From the NCBI RefSeq assembly GCF_006345805.1, contig NC_043000.1:90706001-90770000 (forward strand): a stretch of 64,000 bases of DNA, in the 5' to 3' direction. The notes under the pieces were generated by a model, which was given only the letters and a program-made list of their open reading frames with translations, ran no database searches and was not told the origin of the DNA. Both the position numbers and the translations under genes were made by a program. Below are positions 1-13,817 of this stretch, piece after piece (position 1 is the first letter of the stretch; each line of letters begins with the position of its first letter). This stretch comes from Octopus sinensis. Taxonomy: Eukaryota.

Positions 1-128
1 CGTGGTAACAAACTTGCTTTCCAACCACATGGTTCCAGGATCAGTCTTACTGCGTGGCACCTTAGCCGACTGTCTTCTACAATAGCCTTGGTCCAACTAA
101 AGCCTTATGAGTAGATTTGCTAGACAGC
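1..128 (+). mobile_element. tRNA-derived SINE (family 'AC': head + internal microsatellite + body), head fragment cut by window edge
   Basis: Matches head of the full copy at 30655 (ccaaccacatggttcc...gcgtggcacctt...ctatagcc...aaagccttgtgagtggattt). Confidence 0.8.
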
Positions 129-139
129 TTTTTCTTTTT

Positions 140-477
140 CATTATAACCATCTTTATTGTCATTATTATCATGGCCGTTGCCGCTATCTTTGCTGTCGCC
201 GTCGTCCTCATTGTGACCGTCGTCGTCGTATTCGTCGTTTTCGCCGTCGACATTGTTGCCGTCGTTGTCATCATCATCATCCTCATCACCATCATCACCA
301 TCATCATCGTGATCGTGGTGGTGCTGGTTCTCGTCATCGTCGTCGCCACCGTCGCAGCCGTTGCCGCCGTCGCCGCCGTCGCCGCCGTCGCCGCCGTCGC
401 CGCCGTCGCCACCATCGCCACCATCGCCACCATCGCCGTCGTCGTCGTCATCAAAATCGTTGTAGTCGTCGTCGTCG

Positions 478-508
<31 letters not shown>

Positions 509-880
509 TATTATCATCATCATCATCATCATCATCATCCTCATCCTCATCATCATCATCATCACCATCACCATCATCATCAACATCATCATCATCATCG
601 TGATTGTCGTGGTGCTGGTCGTAATCATCGTCGTCGCCACCGTCACCTTCGTCGTCGTGTGTCATCATCATCATCATCGTTGTAGTCGTCGACATCATCG
701 TCGTCGTCGTCGTCATCATCATCTTCATCATCATCATCAGAGTGATCGTGTTGGTGCTGGTCGTCGTCATCGTCGTCGCCACCGTCGCCGTTGTCATCGT
801 CGTCGTCGTCGTCGTCAACATCATCATCATCATCATCATCATCGTCACAGTCATAATCATTATGATTATAATTGTCATTG
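140..880. repeat. Compound triplet repeat (CAT/CGT/CGC)
   Basis: Direct reading; explains the overlapping low-complexity ORFs at 77-992. Confidence 0.95.
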
Positions 881-1028
881 TCGCTGCCTTACCTATTTTC
901 CAGAATGCTGTGTTCTTGTTTATGTTGCTTCTTTCTCTTTATGTTCCACCCCGTTTCTTGTTTTGCACCACGGGGTAGGAAAGGAGCAATGATGGTTAAA
1001 ATAAGGTGTCTATGATACACTCGCCCAT

Positions 1029-1176
1029 ACACAGACATGTACAGGCACACATACACACACACACGCGCACACACACAAAAACACAATTACACACAAATAT
1101 GCATACAAACATGCAGGCATTTTCAAAATATTAAACGAATTTTTATGTAAAGAGTTAACTATGAGACGACAAAATA

Positions 1177-1216
<40 letters not shown>

Positions 1217-1458
1217 AGACACACACACACATATATGCATATATCCGTCAATCAATTCATGCACCCAGCCTTCATCCACAGTTACGTGCATCCATACACA
1301 AGCATACACACACGCGCGCGCACACCCCCACAAACAAACACACACACACTCACACTCACATACACACACATGCACATACATAGATGCATACGTACATACT
1401 CAAGCACTTACGTACATGCATATACGTAGATATATATGTGTGTGTCTTTATATGTATA

Positions 1459-1493
<35 letters not shown>

Positions 1494-1575
1494 TTATACA
1501 CACATACAAACATGCATATATAAAAGAAATATGGGTATGTGTATACATATATATACATACATACATACATACACC

Positions 1576-1640
<65 letters not shown>
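1029..1640. repeat. (CA)n/(TA)n microsatellite cluster
   Basis: Direct reading. Confidence 0.95.
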
Positions 1641-1642
<2 letters not shown>

Positions 1643-2324
1643 TAGCCATCCTTCCATACATACATGCACTAATAAAATATAACAATAAAAATAACGAAAA
1701 CAAAACGAAAAAACAAGGAAGTAACAAGCTCAACAACGGAATTTACACACAAACAGAAAATAGCAAAAATATACGATTTTGTATTAGAAATGTGCACTTG
1801 TTTTGATGATTGAGTACATTTGTTGTTGTTATTTTAAGTTCGTGTCAAATAGCTTAATAAAAACTATTAATGCCTGTCAAAATGTTTCCATGACAATACA
1901 ACAATACCGTTATTATCTAAAAGAATTCAAGGCAGATTCTCCTGTTTTTTTTCCCCTCTGGAACTTTTTGTTAATTTAAGAATATTTTAGAGGCAGTTTT
2001 CCGCATTGTCATAGCTTTATAATGTAACTTAATCATTTGTAGAGGTTTCAGTTTGGCATTACTAACTTATGTTTAATTTAACAAATAATTCGCGCAGCCA
2101 TTCTTATTGCATTGCGGATTATATAAGAATTAGCAAAAGGACAAACCGAAATCGTATGTGACAGAATATCACGTCTCCTACATAGGTGGAATATTGACGA
2201 TATGGATATTGGCAATATACGGAAGATATCCTAGAAATAATACTTGTCAAGGTTATCTCTACAGATTTTTTTATAGAAATTATGACCTACAGGTCATTCG
2301 TAGAAATATAGGTTTAAAATTATT

Positions 2325-2745
2325 TTGACACAAGGCCAGAAAGCTCTGGGGATGGTGTAAGTCGATTACATTGACCTCAGTACTTTTATCAACTCAGAAA
2401 AGATGAATGGCAAAGTCGACCTCGGCGGAATTTGAACTCAGAACGTAACGACGGACGAAATGCTGTTAAGCATTTTACCTGGCGTGCGAATGATTCTGCC
2501 AGTTCAGCGCCTTATTTACGATATAGTTATTGCTTTCAAATTTTGGCACAAGGCTCCCAATTTCGGGGGAAGGGCTAAGTCGATTACATCGATACCAATA
2601 TCCAACTGGTATTTATTTCATAGCCACGAAAAGATGAAAGGCACAGTTGACCTCAGTAGAATCTGAACTCAGAACGTAAAATCGGATGAAATGCCGATAA
2701 GCATTTTTCCCTGTGTGTTAACGATTTTGCCATCTCGTTGCCTTA
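2325..2745 (-). mobile_element. Two tandem diverged copies of tRNA-derived SINE family 'B'
   Basis: Both reverse-complement the copy at 41276 (gtcgacctcggcggaatttgaactcagaacgta...); copies ~2325-2512 and ~2530-2745. Confidence 0.8.
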
Positions 2746-2989
2746 TTGACGATATAGACATTGACAAAATAGATGGGATATCGTAGAAATCTAGTATTTC
2801 ATTCATACAAATGATACTAATTTGTAATGTTATGAAAGACAACTCAACATATAAAATGTTCCAGGTTCAATGGGAAGTAAGTTGATGTTTAGAGAGAAAT
2901 GTAGAGCAAATTAGTACTTGGATCCAAGTTTTTATAGCTTAGCATATTCTGTGTGTGTCTGTATGTGTGTATGTGTATGCGTGTTATAT

Positions 2990-3146
2990 AATGGGTTCCC
3001 ACGCACTTTCCGACTACCAAAAGCATTCACAAGATTTTGATACTGCCTGGGGCTATATTAAATGACTCATCATCAAAGTGGCGAGCCATGAAGTGGGACT
3101 CAATCCGAAAACAAGTGGTTGCTAAGCGTTTTAACCATACAGTTAT
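2990..3146 (-). mobile_element. Diverged SINE AC head
   Basis: actttccgactaccaaa...ttcacaag...gtgggactcaatcc...taaccatacag resembles the reverse complement of the AC head. Confidence 0.6.
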
Positions 3147-3503
3147 GTCCGATATATCCATGTAAGTATGTATGTATGTATGTATGTATATAGGTATATG
3201 GGTATATATGTAAACGTATTAAATTTTGTCATTGTTGATGTTGTTCCCAATATAAGCACACATGTAATCTTTTGGCAAATAAAGTGCAATTCATATTCAA
3301 GGCTCCGAAGGACAGATAAGGTGTTATTCAGGCATTCAACTATGAGTACACTGCATCTCATAGCAGAAACAGCTGTAGTATAATGAAGATCATAACATAA
3401 ATAAGATAATTTATTCTCTTGGCATCTCTCTTTTTCGTATTCATACATACATACATACATACATACATACATACATACATACATACATACATACATACAT
3501 ACA

Positions 3504-3830
3504 TAGTGGGTAGTGGGTAGCGATTTTCTTCACTACAGCAAGGAGTGACGACCCTGCCTTACACGAGTCCCAGGCTCAGCTGGCTCCGGCTGACAGTACC
3601 CGGTATGGGCCCCTATCCGGGGTTACGGAAAGGAGACAACCTTCAAAGAAATCCGGATTGGAGCCCCGTAAGCTGTTTAGTGTTTGACTAGACACATTCC
3701 GGCAGCTTCTGCAACCAAGCTGGTGCCAAACGTAATGCTCTGCACTCCTTTGGACAACGTCAGCAAGGTCGCGAAAGGAATCCTGACGATTGGGCTACCC
3801 AGGATTTTCTTACGTCTAGCCCAAGAGGAC
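3504..3830 (+). mobile_element. Probable orphan 5' UTR of an RTE-clade LINE
   Basis: aaatccggattggagcccc...ggcagcttctgcaacc..gctggtgccaaac...ctcctttgga...tgggctaccc resembles RTE/Expander-type 5' UTRs as I recall them; no ORF follows. Confidence 0.4.
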
Positions 3831-3989
3831 ATGAAATATAAAAACCAGACTGGATTAGTTTATGCGCAACTCCATTGTCTTCCAAGACAAAAGGATGCCA
3901 ACCAATATACACAAATATTACATTCCAAAGAATCCATTACTAATCAGCCCCAATCACAGCTATAATCCATAACATGACAACTTCAAGTC

Positions 3990-4275
3990 ATACAACACCT
4001 CACTACTTTCACCCATTCATATTCTCCCTTCTCTGTTTTCTTCTTCTTCCTCTTCTTCTTCATCATCATCATTATCATCATCATCGTCGTCATCATCATC
4101 ACCACCATCATCATCATCATCTTCTTCTTCTCCTTCTCCTTCTTCTTCTTCTTCATCATCATCATCAACATCATCATCATCATCATCAACATCGTCTTCT
4201 TCTTCTTCTTCTTCTTCTTCTTCTTCTTCTTCTTCTTCTTCTTCCTACTTCTTCTTCTGCTCCACCTTCTACCTC
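3990..4275. repeat. (CAT)n/(CTT)n triplet repeat
   Basis: Direct reading. Confidence 0.95.
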
Positions 4276-4610
4276 TTAACTTTATCACTAATGCTTTTTA
4301 GTAAAACACCTACGCAAATTCCATAAACAAACCTCTCAATAGAAATATTCTCTTGAATTGAACTGCAACTGCTAGCCGTCACTGACCATTCAAGATACAA
4401 CAATCAAGGCACTCCCAAATTTTTCCACCCCCTCTCCTCATCAGCCTTCTTCTTCTTCTACCCTACCAAGAATTCACAACGACCTCGAACACACAAGTGC
4501 AAACAAGGGAGTCAGAAAGGCAGAATGCCACTTATATCTGAACAGTACACAAATATTCCTTTAAAAAAACTTTTCTTCTAATTTTTCTAAATTTAATTAT
4601 TTAATCGTTA

Positions 4611-4648
4611 CAGTTGAAAAGGTCTCAAAATGACCGAAACCGGTACTG
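4611..4648 (+). ncRNA. Minimal type-I hammerhead ribozyme motif (U3-A8 core) in a Penelope pLTR-like repeat
   Basis: cag-TTGAAAA-GGTC-tcaaaat-GACC-GAAA-CCGG-TA-ctg: stem I 3 bp, stem II 4 bp, palindromic CCGG; T-rich tail runs into (TA)n at ~4700. Confidence 0.65.
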
Positions 4649-4696
4649 AAATGTTCTTTATAAAATTATTTTAGCATTTTCTATTTTGACTTGTTT

Positions 4697-4743
<47 letters not shown>

Positions 4744-5243
4744 TACATACATACACACTCACACAAATATACACTAGAATGTATACATACCTATCTATCT
4801 ATCTAGCTAGCTAGCTATATTTACATATACGCGCACACGTGTGTGTGTTAAATTTTACAGCAAAAAATATATAAACATAATAACTTTACAGTTAACTTTT
4901 TAAATACCTAACTAAATACTTTATTGAAAGTATTATATACCTACATTAAAACATTTCTGTTTCCAATAATTTTTTATTTCGAAGTTAGCATTTTCTATTT
5001 CATTTAAGAGTGTAAACGTTCATGTTAAAATATTTTTTGCTTGGTATTTTCTTTTGTGTCTGTTACGATGATGAAATGCAGTTCTAAAGAAATAACTGTT
5101 TTAAGTTCGTGTTAGAAGCGTTCTGCCCCTGGTAGGTTCGTTACTGTTAGAAATGAAAAGATTGTAAAGCGTTTAAAGGGTTGGATACAGAGGCGCGGAG
5201 AAGGATTTAAGCGGTGAACGAAAAATAAATTTCTATTGCGATG

Positions 5244-5244
5244 T

Positions 5245-5300
<56 letters not shown>

Positions 5301-5453
5301 CACACACACACACACACACATACACACACATACAGACACACACACACATATATGTATATATATATATATATATACATACACCCATATATATATATTGGTA
5401 TTTATATATATATATTTATATATATATATATATTAGTATGTATATATATTTGC

Positions 5454-5495
<42 letters not shown>

Positions 5496-5499
5496 TATG

Positions 5500-5531
<32 letters not shown>

Positions 5532-5833
5532 CTCATTGGTATATATATATACACACATACACACTCAGACATTCCTCACACACACATATATCTTTTTGTC
5601 TATTCTTATGTATATACAAATGTATACCTATATCTACATGTATACCTCTTTACACACACACACACATGGGCGCAGATACTCAGACGCATACACACACATA
5701 TTATGTGTTTCTCTATATATGTATATATATATATTATATTATGTTTGTGGATATATATGATATTGTGCATCTAGCTACCTATCCATCTATCTATATAAAT
5801 ATACATCTATACGTCTGCGTGTGTGTGTGTGTG

Positions 5834-5887
<54 letters not shown>

Positions 5888-6195
5888 GGTACGTTTATAA
5901 AGATAGTGAGGGAGAGATAGGAAAGTGAAAGAGAGAGAGAAAAAGAGAGAGAGAGGGGGGAGAGCGAGTCACAGAGAGAGATGGAGAGCGAGACAGAGAG
6001 AGAAAGAAGTATGGGATAACATGAGATGACGGATAGCAAATCTTTTGTTGAGAAACACGGAATAATTTACAAATAAAATATATTTCATTAAATTAATCAG
6101 CATGGAGTTTCCGGTGATCAGGAAATCTCAGTGATAACACACGCACGCAGGCACACACGCACACACAACACACACACACACACACACGCACACAC

Positions 6196-6231
<36 letters not shown>

Positions 6232-6432
6232 GCACGCACACACACACGCACGCACACGCACACGCGCACACACACGCAGACCCCACCCCGCACAGAAACA
6301 CTGACATACACACGTATGCTCGCACATACATGCGCGCACAAACACAGACAGACATGTCCGTGTATGTTCCTGTGTGTGTGTGTATGCGTATATGTATATA
6401 TCGATGTATGTGCATATATATATTTATATATG

Positions 6433-6505
<73 letters not shown>

Positions 6506-6593
6506 GAATGTATATGTATGCGTGTGTGTGTATGTATATATAAATATGTATATGTATATACACACACATAATATTACATATAGATATGCACAA

Positions 6594-6624
<31 letters not shown>

Positions 6625-6768
6625 ATATATATCTATATATATATATATATGTTTGTGTGTGGGTGTATCCATTTATTTCTATACATGCGTATGGTAAGAC
6701 ATATGTAACTTATGTTCTACATATACATACATATTTCACATGTTAAATAATTTTGCTGTCTTGATCTA

Positions 6769-6836
<68 letters not shown>

Positions 6837-6858
6837 ATATCTATCTATCTATCATCTA

Positions 6859-6911
<53 letters not shown>

Positions 6912-7562
6912 GTCTGTCTCTGTCTCTGTGTCTGTCTATGTATGTATATATATGTATGATTGCATGTATGTATGTATGTATGTATGTATGTATGTATGTA
7001 TGAATGTATGTGTGTATGTATGCATCTATGTATGTATGTATGTATGTATGTATGTATGTATGTATGTATGTATGTATATATGTATATATGTATGTATATA
7101 TGTGTGTATGTATGTATCTATCTTTCTCTCTCTCTCACTCACTCTCTCTCTCTCTCTCTATCTATCTGTCTGTCTATTTATCTGTTGGCCTGTCTCTGTT
7201 TTTGTGTCTACCTGTCTATCTACCTCTCTTCCTGTCTGTCTCATGCCTCCCCCACCCCAGAAGTCTCTTGCTCACATAAACACTCACAAACACACACACA
7301 CACACACACACATACACACACAGACACACACACAGATACACACAGACACACTCAAACACATAAACACTTACACACACATACACGCTTACACACACATACA
7401 CTTACACAAACACTCTCCCACACAGCTACACGCACACAGAAAGATAAAACACACTATACATGTGTGTCTTATGGTAATATGTATATTTGTATGCACGTTT
7501 GCATAAGTACATACATCTGTGTATAAATGTGTATACAAATGTGTATATGTAAGTATGTAATC

Positions 7563-7631
<69 letters not shown>

Positions 7632-8014
7632 ATATGCGCGTGTGTGTGTGTGCGTGTGTGTGTGTACATTTATGTGCATATACAATTTTCACACAGACAC
7701 ACACACAAAAGCATACATTCAAATCAACATGCACACACTCATAATTATATACATACAAATCGTACATGTATACAAACTAAGATATAGATGTATGTCTGTG
7801 TTTGTGGGTGCAGACATGATAATGCGGTTAAAAACTTCACTGTGCAACTACGTGATTCAGGTTTCAATCCCGCTGTGTGACACCTTGGGCGAGATTGCTG
7901 TACTATCGCCTCGTGTTGACTAAACAGTTGTGAATAAAATTGACAGAGATAGATGTAGTAAATAGGCATATATATTTGTGTGTGCGTATACATATCTGTG
8001 TGGTGTATATATAT

Positions 8015-8070
<56 letters not shown>

Positions 8071-8130
8071 GATATACTTACAGATGCACGGGCACACATG
8101 TATATAATTGTTTATTCCATTGTTCGTTTA

Positions 8131-8204
<74 letters not shown>

Positions 8205-8244
8205 GTATGTATGTGTATGAGTATATTTATATATATATATATAT
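5244..8244. repeat. Dense microsatellite field (CA, TA, GA, TCTA, TATG)
   Basis: Direct reading; includes a decayed SINE head at ~7815-7955. Confidence 0.95.
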
Positions 8245-8772
8245 AATTAAAAATGAGGGTGTCTAAAAGACACCAACATGCCGAAATAGCAGTCGAAACA
8301 CTGACTATAGTACCACGTTAAATGTTCATATCGCACCATGAAGTAAAGCGGAGGGACAAAACATACAAGCAAAATTTATTGAATAATTCAAGATCCAAGG
8401 ATTTCTGGTTCTGCTTTAGATAAGCTTTACCGTCATCAATTGAATATATCAAGGGTACATAAATACAGATATATATATGCACAGCAAACGATATACTTAC
8501 ATATACGAGCGTCGTACATACATACATATGCACGTATGGACACAGCCAGTTTGAATCGCCCGCCAAATCACCGCATAAGTACGATATGGTTAAAATAAGC
8601 ACCGCAGTGAATATAATAACGAATTATATAAATTTATATATGAGGATAATATCGATATTTACCCTCCGCTTTACCTCATGGTGCGATATGAACATTTAAC
8701 GTGGTACTATAGTCAGTGTTTCGACTGCTATTTCGGCATGTTGGTGTCTTTTAGACACCCTCATTTTTAATT
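8245..8772. repeat. 111-bp near-perfect inverted repeat (8245-8355 / 8662-8772)
   Basis: aattaaaaatgagggtgtctaaaagacacc...cggaggg and its reverse complement, one mismatch seen; ~306-bp spacer. Confidence 0.9.
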
Positions 8773-8864
8773 GTTAAAAATTGTTTTACCTTTGTAAGGT
8801 ATTTCTTTCATGCTGGCCACTTGATAATTTCGACACTTAAATATCGATATTATCCTCATATAAA

Positions 8865-8932
<68 letters not shown>

Positions 8933-9172
8933 GTGTGTGTGTGTGTGTGTGTGTGCATAAATACACACACACACACAAAACGTGTGTCGATAGCCAGATG
9001 GAAAAGATCTTTTCCTGGAACTAAAACAACAGTAACATCGTCCTTTATAGGACCGCCACACTCTGTTGGCATATAAACACAAACACACACACACACACAC
9101 ACTCACACACACCACACTCACACACCCACCCACACACAACACACACATATATACATATACATACATAAATGC

Positions 9173-9229
<57 letters not shown>

Positions 9230-9233
<4 letters not shown>

Positions 9234-10047
9234 AATATACAAATATAAAGGGAGTAAAAATTCTGGAGATTTAGTATCCACCACGTGGCAAAATTATGAG
9301 TTGAAAATATGTGGAAAACATAAAAAGTGGAAGAGAAATGCCTTCGTTTCACATAGTTTAATATCTTTTTATAAAGAATTTTTGTTAATATATGTACATA
9401 TTTTATGGATATTGTGATATCCAACCCGTTTTCGTTATCTAAATTAACTTTTCAAGGGACATTGTGAACTAATCAATTCTTGCGACAAAGACGTCTCACC
9501 ATTTTGGATGTTTGAAAAATAAGAATGAGTCTAGGGAGTTGAAAAAGCGAGGCAACAGGTGGCAAGGGGACAGAAAACTCCTCAGTATAATTTTTGAAGT
9601 AGTAAAGTTTGTATATAATGGTGTGGTCTGTACTTTTGTATGAACAGATTTTCCTTGTTTAGGCGTTCTTGTAAGGAAATTGAATCTTTGCATTGGTATA
9701 ACGGTAAGATATGGAAATTCGGCATTTTATTTCTTGCGCATCTGTCGATATGTTCGCTCAGGGCTATCTGCCTGTATTGCGGAAAACGAATCGGTTCTTT
9801 ATGCGGCGTAACTCTGCGTCTTAAAGTAAGGATTGTTTGACCCGCATAATTGTAACCATAACCTGAGCAAGTTAGGACATAGATTTTCTGGGTTAAGATA
9901 TAGCAGTTTCTGGGTTAGGACATAGAAGTTTCTGGGAAGCACAAAACGCAGACGACTTAATTGTGGTACATGCTCACACCTAACTGAAGGCTCGGAATTC
10001 ACATTCCAGCAAGGAGAAAAATTCTCAATCAAGACCAACTCGTGCTT
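9230..10047 (-). mobile_element. Penelope-like element 3' fragment (GIY-YIG endonuclease + pLTR) with inverted 5' segment
   Basis: Minus strand ~9942-9620 reads ...YVLTCSGYGYNYAGQTILTLRRRVTPHKEPIRFPQYRQIALSEHIDRC...ERLNKENLFIQKYRP. Plus strand 9943-10047 reads the preceding residues RRLNCGTCSHLTEGSEFTFQQGEKFSIKTN. Hammerhead-like motif at 9420-9459; ends at (TA)n. Confidence 0.8.
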
Positions 10048-10159
10048 GAGTTTTGAAGTTACTTCTGTCAATAAATTATGAATTTACTTTTATCGCTAAA
10101 TAGCAGGGATACCCGGCTTTGCTCGGGATTAAAATGGCATACTTTTTTTTTGTTTTACT

Positions 10160-10430
10160 TGTTGCAGACCACAGGATTTATTGTTTGTAAGCCTAGTACT
10201 TATTCTATCAGTGTCTTTTACCGAACCGGTAAGTTATGGAAATGTAAACACAGCAACATCACTTGTCAAAAAAATGGTGGGGGGTACAAATACAGACACA
10301 CGGACACACACACACACACACATATACATACACACACACACACACACAAACACACAAATATACACATATATCCGACAGTCTTCTTACAGTTTCCGTGTAC
10401 GAAACCCACTCACAGGGCTTTGATCGGCCT
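10160..10430 (-). mobile_element. SINE AC with internal (CA)n
   Basis: gtaagcctagtacttattctatc...cgaacc...acttgtcaa...(CA)n...ccactcacagggctttg. Confidence 0.8.
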
Positions 10431-10442
10431 GTGGCTGTAATA

Positions 10443-10493
<51 letters not shown>

Positions 10494-10739
10494 TATATAC
10501 ACACACATATATATACATAAATATGCCCATATATGGGTATGTGAATGTATATATATATATTATATATATAATATATATATATATAGATATAAATATTTGT
10601 ATTCATGCATACATACGCACACATTCACAAGCATATATGTATGTTGTAAGGAAAATTAACCGTCTACACAGCTTTCACTTTTGGATGGGTTGTTCATGTT
10701 TATTTTAGAAAGTACACCTGGATTCAAATTTCTGTGTAA

Positions 10740-11050
10740 TGTGAAATCTTGAAATATGAAGCCTACAATTAAGCACACCGTCGGTCACTACGACGAGTGT
10801 GACAGTTGATTTGCTCAACCGAACAGCCTGTACGTGAAATTACTGTGTGAGTGACTGAGCTCTCCACAGACACGGGTACTCTTAACGCAGGTGTCAGGTA
10901 GACTCAGCATGATACACAAAATGTGACAGGGCTGGCAACCTTTCAAGAATACATAGCTCCACCATGTATCGAACTCAAAACCTTATGATCATGAGCGGAA
11001 TACTTCTAACGACTGAGCCACACAACGACTTCAAAGACTGAGCCACACAA
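10740..11050 (-). mobile_element. Diverged tRNA-derived SINE of another family
   Basis: tRNA-like head in reverse (atcgaactc...gactgagccacac) preceded by a body not shared with AC or B. Confidence 0.5.
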
Positions 11051-11295
11051 ATATGAAAGATATCTACTTTCACCATCCTATATGAAGAAATTTTTAGAAA
11101 GGGACCATCATAAATTAAGTATCAAGAATAGATCACACCGTCGGTGAGATATGAACTAATCCCTTTCGACTCATAATCCGCTAATGTAGTCACTGGAAAT
11201 GCAGACTTCTTTACACTTTACAATCACTTGACTTAGATGGCGCTTTGCTTTCATTATAAACTTTCCTTCTTGTTGTTGTTGTTGTTGTTGTTGTG

Positions 11296-11361
<66 letters not shown>

Positions 11362-11558
11362 TATTATTATTATTATTATCATCATCTTTGGTCATGTATT
11401 CTTCAATTCCTTAAAATAGAATTCACCTCTTTAATTTGTTGAATATGTGTGCTGTTGATTGAAAGCAGAACATCGAGAAGAGGTAGGTGGAATGGCTGTG
11501 AAATTCTTTACAGTTTTAATTGTAAATTTTAAATCACATATAATATATATAATATATA

Positions 11559-11599
<41 letters not shown>

Positions 11600-11785
11600 T
11601 GGGGTGTGTGTGTGTGTGTTATATATATATATATGTGTGTATATATATGTATACATATATATATATTATATACACATATATATGTCTACATATATGTTTT
11701 ATATGTATATATATATGTGTATATATATATATGTATATTATATACACATATATATAGTATACATATATGTTTTATATGTGTATAT

Positions 11786-11839
<54 letters not shown>

Positions 11840-12004
11840 TATACACATATAGAGAGTCATTCCTTATATATATTTATACAGACACGCATATAAATATATA
11901 TTTATATATATATATATGTGTGCATATATATACATATGAAAATATATATATGAATATATATACATACATATATATATATATATACATATATAAACACACA
12001 CATG

Positions 12005-12054
<50 letters not shown>

Positions 12055-13381
12055 CATACACATAAATACACACACATATATGCATAAACATATGTATACA
12101 TACACACACATACATACATATGTAATCCTTACACTGTTCTGTGGAGAACGTATGCAGGAAGTAATAAAATATGGTCGCTTAATGAAGGAGAAACAAAGAA
12201 ACATCTCGCCATTCTCACGAGTCGCTGGTTAATTTTACCGTCTGTCAATAAGGAGATATACATCACCGCTAGTGATATGATGTCATCCTTTAATTAAGAC
12301 AACAATGCAACTTACAAATTAATTTTTAATAGGTGTGCCGTATGTCTGTGTGTGTATGCGCTTGTATGTGTGTATGTGTTTGTGTATGGAAGGCGAGGTG
12401 AAGTGTGTGATGTGGTGTGTTGCGGTGTGGTTGTGGTTTGTAAGTGCTAGTGATGGAGTTTGTTTAATTACTTCCTGAGTTATTTTTACTTCAAGATGAA
12501 GTAGTTCTGTCTAGTTAAACATGTTTAGAACCGACAAAATCAAACAAAACCGAATCAAACTGATCTAAACTAACCAAACAATTGACCGATCGACCGACAG
12601 TCTAACTAACAAAGCAATCAACTATCGAACTAACCTAATCTAACTCGACCCTCACCTATCCCAACCCATTCTAGCCGAACCATCCAACCAACTAACCAAC
12701 CAACCAGCCAATCAACCTAAACAACCATCTGAGCTGTCCCATACACCGACACCGTACACCCAATCACTTGCTCTGTCAACACAGTCAATTTAGATGTTAC
12801 TGCGAATAATCTCGGGGCTGAAGGATATAGGGATAAGATTTTACTGAGCATTCATCTCACCAGGCTCCAGATAGCCTCTATGTAGCCTTGTTATATGGAA
12901 AGCCATTCATCATTCGTTAATTTTGTTGTCGGAAGCAAACGTTCTTATCTTAAGGTTATATTTTCCGATATTTCATGTTTTGACACTGCAAATTTACCTC
13001 AATACCCTCCATAGAGAAACACTAACTGCTTGAAAATACTTGTATAAGTTAATAAATGTATCTAACTTTTAAACCAATCTTTATAAACTAATTCTTCAGG
13101 TTATTAATTTGTACCAACTATCATTCCAAACGTTTGATTCGCTCATTTGGTAACATTTCACAACATATAAGGAATAAAAGTGTCCTATATCTTAAAAGAT
13201 GGATGAAAGGGAAGTTGTAACATTGAAGCGTTTCCCAATAATGAGGACATGCATCTAATTATCTTGTCCCCTCTACGTCTATCTCTATAACTGTCTGTCA
13301 GTGAGTCTATATCAGTCTACTTAATCACTTTCAATCTGAACCTCAATCTCGTTATACACAGACGGGCACGCCTCTCTCTCG

Positions 13382-13427
<46 letters not shown>

Positions 13428-13677
13428 CACTATCTCTCAAACGTGCGTTCATTTGTAAACACACACAGATTCTCACATGTATAAAACTGGTACAGTCCGA
13501 CGAAAGCTAACAAATCGATACTTCGAAGTAACTGTCTTCTAAAAGTTTAATGTTCGCTATGAAAATGCATTGAGTATTTCTATAGTTTAATGTTAAATTG
13601 TTTCAACTTGATATTAAAGCAAAAATTTATATATCTATATATGTGTATGTGTGTGTATAAATATATACATATATTTT

Positions 13678-13714
<37 letters not shown>

Positions 13715-13769
13715 ATATATATATATGTATATGTATATGTATATATATGTATATATATATATATATATA

Positions 13770-13817
<48 letters not shown>

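Noticed and set aside
77-992. Long His-, Asp-, Met- or Ile/Val-rich ORFs (up to 291 aa)
   Set aside because: Open in several frames on both strands because triplet repeats lack stops; same pattern at 41490-43020 and 61290-61788.
4430-4445. Other CTGANGA hits (4438, 37079, 38845, 54849, 61855, 62847)
   Set aside because: No pairable stem II followed by GAAA and UH at the right spacing.
6420-8070. Recurring single-base phase shifts (tt or aa) inside long (TA)n arrays
   Set aside because: Present in most long arrays; cannot be told apart from consensus or polishing error without reads.
5112-8220. Dozens of YI/HT/CV-repeat ORFs here and throughout the window
   Set aside because: Translations of di- and tetranucleotide microsatellites.
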